From an uncultured Oscillospiraceae bacterium (GTDB taxonomy: Bacteria > Bacillota > Clostridia > Oscillospirales > Ruminococcaceae), in assembly GCA_964649485.1 (NCBI GenBank), contig CAZYRV010000006.1, positions 6,731-43,529 of the forward strand: 36,799 nt of DNA. Direction: 5' to 3'. The position numbers were made by a program, and so were the translations under genes. The notes under the pieces are model-generated. The model saw only the letters and a program-made list of their open reading frames with translations, was not told where the DNA came from and made no database searches. Of the stretch, positions 10,281 to 16,169 are shown one piece after another; position 1 is the stretch's first letter, and each line of letters starts with the position of its first letter.

Positions 10281-10631
10281 ATGATTGTACAGTGTGCCGT
10301 GATTATACTGCTTTTGCTTGTAATGACTTTTATTTTCGTGCGGGCAAAGCGCAAAGACTGGGCGCTTTCCGTCCTGCCGCTTATTATGGTTCCGGCGGGC
10401 AACATTTTTGTGCATTTTCTTTTCCGTTTTATCATAAAACAGCCGCTTAATATCGAGGCTGTTTCGGTTGCGAATGTGATTGCGGTGCTTGTTTCGGGGG
10501 TTTGGGTCGGAATAATGTCAAATAATTACGAAACAAAATCGAAAAAGCTTCCGTACATCTGCGTTTCCATGCTTTTCAACATTTTGCTTGCATGGATTCT
10601 GATAAGCAACTTTTTGGAGGGAATTCAATGA
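10281..10631 (+). CDS. small integral membrane protein
   Basis: ATG follows GGAG. It has 3-4 hydrophobic helices. Its stop overlaps the coaX start, which suggests translational coupling. Confidence 0.55.
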   Translation: MIVQCAVIILLLLVMTFIFVRAKRKDWALSVLPLIMVPAGNIFVHFLFRFIIKQPLNIEAVSVANVIAVLVSGVWVGIMSNNYETKSKKLPYICVSMLFNILLAWILISNFLEGIQ

Positions 10632-11401
10632 TTTTCGCCATTGACGCAGGCAACACGAACATTGTTCTCGGGCTTTTCGACGAGGACGAAAAGCTTGCCT
10701 TCACCGCAAGGCTTAATACCCACGCATATCAGACCGAGGACGAGCTTGCGGTTGTGTTTATGGATATTTTCAGGCTTTATGGTGTTGACTCAAAGGACGT
10801 CAAGGGCGCGGTGGTATCAAGCGTTGTGCCTATGCTTACCGCACCGATTTGCCGTGCGACGGAAAAGCTTTGCTCGTGCAAGGCTGTCCTTGTTGCGGCT
10901 GGTGTCAAGACCGAGCTTTTGATTAAAATTGACGACCCGAAAAGCATCGGCTCTGACTTGATTTGCGGGGTTGTCGCCGCAAAGGAAAAATACCCGCTTC
11001 CCTGCATTGTGATTGATTTAGGCACGGCGACGAAAATTATGCTTATCGACAAAAGCGGCGCAATGGCGGGCGGGGTGATTATCCCCGGCGTGAAAATTTC
11101 GCTTGATGCGCTTTCGGCAAGAACGGCGGCGCTTCCGCAGATAAGCGCAGAGGGCATAAGCAGGGTTATCGGCACAAACACGGTGGACTCTATGCGCTCG
11201 GGCATTCTAAACGGCACGGCGGCAATGCTTGACGGCATGGCAGAACGCTTTGAGCAAGAGCTTGGCGAGGGCGAATGCTCTGTCGTTATGACAGGAGGCT
11301 ATGCCGGACTTATCATGCCGTATTGCAGGCGAAAAGCAGAATTTGATGAGAATCTGCTTTTAAAGGGCTTGCTTAAAATTTACAGGCTCAATCAGAAATG
11401 A
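10628..11401 (+). CDS. coaX: type III pantothenate kinase
   Basis: MIFAIDAGNTN..., IDLGTATK. ATG 10628 follows GGAGGG. The ORF-track start at 10592 was not used. Confidence 0.9.
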   Translation: MIFAIDAGNTNIVLGLFDEDEKLAFTARLNTHAYQTEDELAVVFMDIFRLYGVDSKDVKGAVVSSVVPMLTAPICRATEKLCSCKAVLVAAGVKTELLIKIDDPKSIGSDLICGVVAAKEKYPLPCIVIDLGTATKIMLIDKSGAMAGGVIIPGVKISLDALSARTAALPQISAEGISRVIGTNTVDSMRSGILNGTAAMLDGMAERFEQELGEGECSVVMTGGYAGLIMPYCRRKAEFDENLLLKGLLKIYRLNQK

Positions 11402-11552
11402 CGGTATAGGCGGCGATAATGACACATCAGCTTTACAAAGCGGATTATTGTTTTATGCAATAGCTTGCCTCTTTGTTTTTGTCTGTGCAAATTGTTATTA
11501 AAATAATTTTGTGATTTTTCACAAAAAAAAATAAAAAATTTAGTGAAAAGAC

Positions 11553-11581
11553 TTGAATTTTCACAGATGATATGCTATAAT
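11553..11581 (+). promoter_or_regulatory. sigma-A-type promoter for the cmk-plsC-ispH/rpsA operon
   Basis: TTGAAT (11553-11558), a 17-nt spacer, then TGcTATAAT (-10 at 11576-11581). Confidence 0.55.
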
Positions 11582-11666
11582 GAAATTTATAGTGTATAAG
11601 TTTTGCCATAAAAGATTTAGGCGAAGCTTTTGTATCACCGCAAAATTACGCTTCTAAGGAGTGGCT

Positions 11667-12338
11667 ATGGCTCTTTCGATTGCAATTGACGGCCCAGTCG
11701 GTGCGGGAAAAAGCACGCTTGCTCGGCTTTGCGCCGAAAAGCTTGGGTTTATTTATGTCGATACGGGTGCGTTTTATAGGGCGATTGCCTTGTTTTTCAT
11801 TGAAAACAGCGTTGATACTGAAAATTCTGACTCGGTTAAAACGGCTTTATCCCGGATAAAGCTTTCGATAAAGCGGGAAAACGGCGTTCAATCCGTGTTT
11901 GTAAACGGCGAGGACGTAAGCGGGAAAATCCGCCTGCCCGAAATTTCACAGGCGGCGTCAAAAGCTTCTGCTTTGCCCGCTGTGAGAGAGTTTCTTCTTG
12001 ATTTTCAGCGTGATTTTGCAAAAACGGAAAATATAATCATGGACGGACGCGACATAGGCACGGTTGTTTTGCCGAACGCTGATTTAAAGCTTTTTATAAG
12101 CGCCGACCCTGCCGAGCGTGCAAAGCGCCGCTTTGACGAGCTTGCGGCAAAAGGTCTGGACATAAGCTTTAACGATGTTCTGCGTGATTTAAACGAACGT
12201 GACGAGCGTGACCGAAACCGTCCGATTGCTCCGCTTAAAATGGCGGAGGACGCAGTTTTGATTGACACGACGGGCATGGATCTGGCACAATCGCTTGAAT
12301 TTGTGCTTGACTTTATAAAAGGGAAGCTGGGGCTATGA
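11667..12338 (+). CDS. cmk: cytidylate kinase
   Basis: IAIDGPVGAGKST P-loop with a Cmk-like sequence throughout. ATG 11667 lies 5 nt after AAGGAG. GTG 11661 is an alternative start. Confidence 0.9.
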   Translation: MALSIAIDGPVGAGKSTLARLCAEKLGFIYVDTGAFYRAIALFFIENSVDTENSDSVKTALSRIKLSIKRENGVQSVFVNGEDVSGKIRLPEISQAASKASALPAVREFLLDFQRDFAKTENIIMDGRDIGTVVLPNADLKLFISADPAERAKRRFDELAAKGLDISFNDVLRDLNERDERDRNRPIAPLKMAEDAVLIDTTGMDLAQSLEFVLDFIKGKLGL

Positions 12339-12937
12339 TTTACGAGTGTGTGCGGAGGCTTTTATGTTTTTATTACAAAATAAGGTGTAAGATTACTTAT
12401 ACCGGATTAGAAAATATCCCGCAAAAGGGCGGATTTATCGCCGCCTGCAATCACCAGTCATATTCAGACCCGCCGCTTTTGGCGACGGCGATTAAAGGCA
12501 GAAAATTTTCCTTTATGGCAAAGTCAGAGCTGTTTCAGAAAAACAAGCTTTTTAAGTGGCTTATCACCGCCTTGGGCGCATTCCCCGTCGAACGGGGCGC
12601 AGGCGACACAGGCGCAATCGACCGTGCAATAAGCGACCTTGAAAAAGGCAAGGTTTTCGTGATTTTTCCGGAGGGGACACGCTCTAAGGACGGAACAATC
12701 GGCAGGGCAAAATCAGGGGTGACCTTGATTGCTTCTAAAGCAAATGCGGCCGTTGTGCCGTTCTGCATAAAATACGGCGAGAAAAAAGGCAGACAGCACA
12801 TAACCATAAGTGCGGGAAAGCTTATCCCCGCCGAGAAAATGCACATTCCCGAGGGCGACCGCAAGGCGCTTAAGGAAACAAGCGCTTTGATAATGGATAA
12901 CATAAAAACGCTTATGGGCGAAATTGATGAAGCTTGA
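12335..12937 (+). CDS. plsC: 1-acyl-sn-glycerol-3-phosphate acyltransferase
   Basis: The HX4D motif (NHQSYSDP) and FPEGTRS motif are present. The start overlaps the cmk stop (ATGA). Confidence 0.85.
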   Translation: MIYECVRRLLCFYYKIRCKITYTGLENIPQKGGFIAACNHQSYSDPPLLATAIKGRKFSFMAKSELFQKNKLFKWLITALGAFPVERGAGDTGAIDRAISDLEKGKVFVIFPEGTRSKDGTIGRAKSGVTLIASKANAAVVPFCIKYGEKKGRQHITISAGKLIPAEKMHIPEGDRKALKETSALIMDNIKTLMGEIDEA

Positions 12938-14900
12938 AATCGCAAAAAGCGCAGGCTTCTGCTTTGGGGTAGAGCGTGCGGTTGACAAGGCGGTTGAGCT
13001 TGCGGCAAGGCACGGCGGTGTTGACGCTTACGGCGCACTTATCCATAACCGAGATATGATGAGCCGTCTTGAAAAAAGCGGAGTTCGCACAATTGAAAGC
13101 CTTGACGATGCGCAAAGCCACGTCATTATACGGGCGCATGGCGTTCCGCCGTCGGTTATTGATTATCTTGAGGGAAAAGGGCTTTCCTACACCGATGCGA
13201 CCTGTCCGTTCGTCACGAAAATTCACAGAATCGTAGAGGAATATACCGCACAGGGCTTTAACCTTCTTGTGGCAGGCGACAAGAGTCACCCCGAAATCAT
13301 CGGCATTGTCGGACATTGCAAAACGACGGCTTTTACGGCAAATTCCCCCTTTGAAATGGAAAATCTGCTTGTAAGGGAAAATATTCTTCGTGAAAATGCA
13401 CTAATCTGCATTGCCCAGACAACGTTCAATAGTGAAAAGTGGATAGAAAGCAAAAAAATTATCAAAAAACTATGTACAAACGCTAAAATTTTTGATACAA
13501 TATGTAATGCAACCATAAGCCGACAAAGCGAAACGCAGAAGCTTGCACAGCGGTGCGACCTGATGATAGTTGTGGGCGGGCGTGAAAGCTCGAACACGAA
13601 AAAGCTTGCCGAAATTTGCGAAAAATATTGCCGGACAAAATCCGTCGAAAACAAAACGCAGATTGGTCCGGACATTCTTGAGGGGCTTCCTTTGAACGGG
13701 CAAATTGGTATTACTGCCGGCGCTTCTACTCCGGCTTATATAATAAAGGAGGTTCATGAAAGAATGGACGAAATCATTAAAACTGCCGATACTGCAGAAG
13801 AAAGTTTTGAGGAGCTGTTTAACCAGTCTAACGACAAAATACGAGTATATATAGGAAACAGAGTTAAGGCAACTGTTATTTCTGTAAATAAAACAGAGGT
13901 TGTCGTTGATTTGGGAACAAAGCACTCGGGCTATATCCCTGCGGACGAGCTTAGCAACAACCCGAACGTTGATCCCGCTGAAATCGTTAAGAAGGGCGAC
14001 GTAATCGACGTAATCGTCACGCAGATAAACGACGCTGACGGTGTCGTCATGCTTTCCAAGAAAAAGGTTGACGCAGCAATCGGAATCGAAAAGATTGCCA
14101 AGGCAAACGAAGAAGGAACAACCCTTGAGGGCGTTGTCACAAACGTCGTAAAGGGCGGTCTTATCGTATCCGCTCTCGGCGCAAGGGTATTTATTCCCGC
14201 ATCGCAAAGCGGTGTTCCCCGTGACGGAAAGCTTGAAACGCTTCTCAAGAAAACCGTACAGTTCAAGGTTATTGAAATCAACGAGGCAAGAGGCAGAGTC
14301 GTTGGCTCTATCAAGCTTGCAAACAAGGAAAAGGACGACGCACTCAAGGCGAAATTCTGGGAAAGCATTGCCGTCGGACAGAAGTTCACAGGCGAAATCA
14401 AGTCAATTGAAAGCTATGGCGTGTTTGTTGACTTGGGCGGCGTGGACGGCATGGTTCACACTTCAGAGCTTACATGGGAGCGCATCAGACACCCCCGTGA
14501 CATTGTAAGCGTCGGCGACAAAATCGACGTCTATGTCAAGAGCTTTGATATCGAGCGCAAGCGTGTTTCTCTCGGCGCAAAAGACCCCGCAGACAATCCT
14601 TGGACAAAATTTGTCGAAGAATACAATGTCGGCGACGTTGTTGAGGCAAAGGTTGTAAGCATTACGCCTTTCGGCGCTTTTGCGCAGATTATCCCTGGCG
14701 TTGACGGACTTATCCACATTTCGCAGATTGCACGTGAAAAGGTCACGAATGTAGGTCAGGTTCTCACTGTCGGCGACGAGGTTAAGGCGAAAATCACCGA
14801 AATCGACACCGAAAAGGTTCGTGTAAGCCTTTCTATTAAGGCGCTTTTGGGCGACGAGGAAGAAGCTTCTGATGAAGAAGCGGCTTCGGAAGAAGAATAA
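12924..14900 (+). CDS. ispH: bifunctional 4-hydroxy-3-methylbut-2-enyl diphosphate reductase / ribosomal protein S1
   Basis: The N-terminal ~280 aa are IspH/LytB (AGFCFGVERAV, ATCPFVTK, SSNTKKL). They are followed by four S1 domains (e.g. GEIKSIESYGVFVDLGGVDGMVHTSEL) and an acidic tail. This fusion is known in Clostridia. Confidence 0.9.
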   Translation: MMKLEIAKSAGFCFGVERAVDKAVELAARHGGVDAYGALIHNRDMMSRLEKSGVRTIESLDDAQSHVIIRAHGVPPSVIDYLEGKGLSYTDATCPFVTKIHRIVEEYTAQGFNLLVAGDKSHPEIIGIVGHCKTTAFTANSPFEMENLLVRENILRENALICIAQTTFNSEKWIESKKIIKKLCTNAKIFDTICNATISRQSETQKLAQRCDLMIVVGGRESSNTKKLAEICEKYCRTKSVENKTQIGPDILEGLPLNGQIGITAGASTPAYIIKEVHERMDEIIKTADTAEESFEELFNQSNDKIRVYIGNRVKATVISVNKTEVVVDLGTKHSGYIPADELSNNPNVDPAEIVKKGDVIDVIVTQINDADGVVMLSKKKVDAAIGIEKIAKANEEGTTLEGVVTNVVKGGLIVSALGARVFIPASQSGVPRDGKLETLLKKTVQFKVIEINEARGRVVGSIKLANKEKDDALKAKFWESIAVGQKFTGEIKSIESYGVFVDLGGVDGMVHTSELTWERIRHPRDIVSVGDKIDVYVKSFDIERKRVSLGAKDPADNPWTKFVEEYNVGDVVEAKVVSITPFGAFAQIIPGVDGLIHISQIAREKVTNVGQVLTVGDEVKAKITEIDTEKVRVSLSIKALLGDEEEASDEEAASEEE

Positions 14901-14917
14901 TTTTAATTTAACTTATA

Positions 14918-14950
14918 AAGCTGCCGTTTTTCGGCGGCTTTTTTGTTTTT
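14918..14950 (+). terminator. rho-independent terminator of the cmk operon
   Basis: Stem AAGCTGCCG/CGGCGGCTT with a TTTTT loop, followed by TTTTGTTTTT. Confidence 0.8.
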
Positions 14951-15013
14951 GCGAAACGATTGGTTCGGTTGATAAATACGGCGGCAAGCTTTCGTGGAAA
15001 TGAGGGGGATTTT

Positions 15014-15079
15014 CCCGTTTTGCGCAAAACACCGCCGAAAATTTATTCCGCCCTGCCCCGCTTTGCGCAAAACACCGCC
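15014..15079. repeat. two 23-nt direct repeats containing a GTTTTGCGCAAAAC palindrome
   Basis: CCCGYTTTGCGCAAAACACCGCC occurs at 15014-15036 and 15057-15079, matching at 22 of 23 positions. Copy 1 contains a perfect 14-bp palindrome at 15017-15030. Confidence 0.6.
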
Positions 15080-15103
15080 TGTGACTCCGGCTTTTCTGCC
15101 CCT

Positions 15104-15214
15104 CCGCCGCTTCGGTGCGCCGCCGAGCCTTGCTCTGCAAGGCTTACCGAAGCAAAGCTTCGGCACCGCTGAAAAGCTTTGCTTTTCATCGGCGGCGGCG
15201 CACCGTGGCGGCGG
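15104..15214. other. nested inverted-repeat element that folds as a four-way junction
   Basis: The closing helix pairs 15104-15110 with 15208-15214 (7 bp) and 15113-15125 with 15193-15205 (13 bp), separated by a 2x2 internal loop. It encloses three 7-bp triloop hairpins at 15127-15143, 15147-15163 and 15171-15187. Confidence 0.5.
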
Positions 15215-15303
15215 AAAAGCTGTGTACTGATAACTGCTGCCGATTTAAAACCCGACTTATCAGCACAGGCTTTGCACGCAATAGTCACTTCGCATAAAAA
15301 CGC

Positions 15304-15332
15304 TTGACATTTCGCCGAAACTGTGATATAAT
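15304..15332 (+). promoter_or_regulatory. sigma-A-type promoter for tRNA-Pro
   Basis: TTGACA (15304-15309), a 17-nt spacer, then TGaTATAAT (-10 at 15327-15332). It lies 12 nt upstream of the tRNA 5' end. Confidence 0.65.
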
Positions 15333-15344
15333 CATAGTGCTTTT

Positions 15345-15421
15345 CGGGGCGTAGCTCAGCTTGGTAGAGTGCATGGTTTGGGACCATGATGCCGCAGGTT
15401 CGAATCCTGTCGCCCCGACCA
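15345..15421 (+). tRNA. tRNA-Pro (anticodon UGG)
   Basis: Cloverleaf folded by hand. Acceptor stem is CGGGGCG/CGCCCCG, anticodon stem is CATGG/CCATG with loop TTTGGGA, the T-loop is TTCGAAT, and CCA is encoded. It is near-identical in layout to Bacillus tRNA-Pro. Confidence 0.95.
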
Positions 15422-15427
15422 AATACC

Positions 15428-15462
15428 ATTCAGCCCGCAATATAAGCGGGTTGAATTTTTTA
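15428..15462 (+). terminator. rho-independent terminator after tRNA-Pro
   Basis: 11-bp stem ATTCAGCCCGC/GCGGGTTGAAT with loop AATATAA, then TTTTTT. Confidence 0.75.
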
Positions 15463-15577
15463 TTGTTTTCGCCTGAAAAACCGTTCAGGCAATAACCAGC
15501 ACAGCGGTTTTCCCGAGAATAAAGCCGATTTGGAAAAAAATAATTTTCGCAAAAACGTAAAAAATTAAAAACAGGGC

Positions 15578-15606
15578 TTTACAACGGCTTTATACTGTGC
15601 TATAAT
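15578..15606 (+). promoter_or_regulatory. sigma-A-type promoter for rpsO
   Basis: TTTACA (15578-15583), a 17-nt spacer, then TGcTATAAT (-10 at 15601-15606). Confidence 0.6.
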
Positions 15607-15729
15607 AAAAATGCTGTTCGTGAATAGCGAAAACAGCCGCCATTTCAAGGCTTTGCGGATTTTGCTCGAAAGAGAAACACCTTTCCCGTTGCTTTGATTT
15701 CGGATTTATAAAATGAAAGGGGTGTAATT

Positions 15730-15996
15730 ATGCTTCTCAAAGAGGAAAAACAGGCGGTTATTGCAGAAAACCGCAACCATGAGAACGACACAGGCTCTCC
15801 CGAGGTTCAGATTGCAATTCTCACAAAGAGAATCAACGATCTTACCGAGCACTTGAAAGAGCACAAGAAGGACCACCACTCACGTCGCGGTCTTTTCAAA
15901 ATGGTCGGTCACAGAAGAAACCTTCTGAACTATCTCATGAAAAAGGATGTCGAGCGCTATCGTGCGGTTATCGCAAAGCTTGGAATCCGTAAGTAA
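15730..15996 (+). CDS. rpsO: 30S ribosomal protein S15
   Basis: 88 aa with the typical S15 sequence ([34 protein letters not shown]). Confidence 0.95.
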   Translation: MLLKEEKQAVIAENRNHENDTGSPEVQIAILTKRINDLTEHLKEHKKDHHSRRGLFKMVGHRRNLLNYLMKKDVERYRAVIAKLGIRK

Positions 15997-16006
15997 AAGC
16001 ATAAAC

Positions 16007-16030
16007 GGGCGGGGGAAACTCTGCCCTTTT
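16007..16030 (+). terminator. rpsO terminator/attenuator hairpin
   Basis: GGGCGGGG-GAAA-CTCTGCCC (8 bp including G-U pairs, GAAA tetraloop) followed by TTTT. A second weak hairpin, TCCGC-AAAA-GCGGA plus TTTT, lies at 16047-16064. Confidence 0.6.
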
Positions 16031-16092
16031 AAGCAATTTAAAGCCGTCCGCAAAAGCGGATTTTAAACCAAAACCAAGGAGGCGGAACGATA

Positions 16093-16143
16093 ATTTAGCA
16101 TTAAATTGAGCAGTCAGGCTGTCTGTTGAATTTATTGCTAAAT
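16093..16143 (+). promoter_or_regulatory. long imperfect hairpin in the pnp leader
   Basis: Two 21-nt arms (16093-16113 and 16123-16143) pair at about 18 of 21 positions. The hairpin ends 26 nt before the pnp ATG. Confidence 0.45.
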
Positions 16144-16169
16144 CTTCCCCTCCGGATACAGGAGGAACT

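Noticed and set aside
11509-11524. TGTGA...TCACA upstream of cmk as a CRP/FNR-family site.
   Set aside because: The spacer is 4 nt rather than the 6 nt of the TGTGA-N6-TCACA consensus. It is kept only as a generic inverted-repeat observation.
13470-14207. Long antisense ORFs inside well-supported genes. Examples are 13470-14207(-), 13931-14401(-), 23913-24428(-), 21237-21776(-), 28466-28981(-), 10777-11238(-), 16373-16834(-) and 26384-26839(-).
   Set aside because: They lie opposite strongly recognisable genes (ispH/S1, AI-2E, relA, copA, coaX, pnp, MCP). They lack SD sequences and have odd, low-complexity composition, so they are shadow ORFs.
15014-15079. The direct repeats as a possible CRISPR array.
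   Set aside because: There are only two copies, the 20-nt spacer between them is far too short, and no cas genes or further repeats are present.
15043-15429. ORFs overlapping the tRNA genes and the GC-rich block: 15043-15429(-), 14994-15230(+), 14903-15166(-) and 36072-36269(-).
   Set aside because: They read through tRNA sequence (the typical MV..TGVEPA antisense-tRNA artefact) or through palindromic repeats. They are Pro/Arg/Ala-rich on both strands and have no SD.
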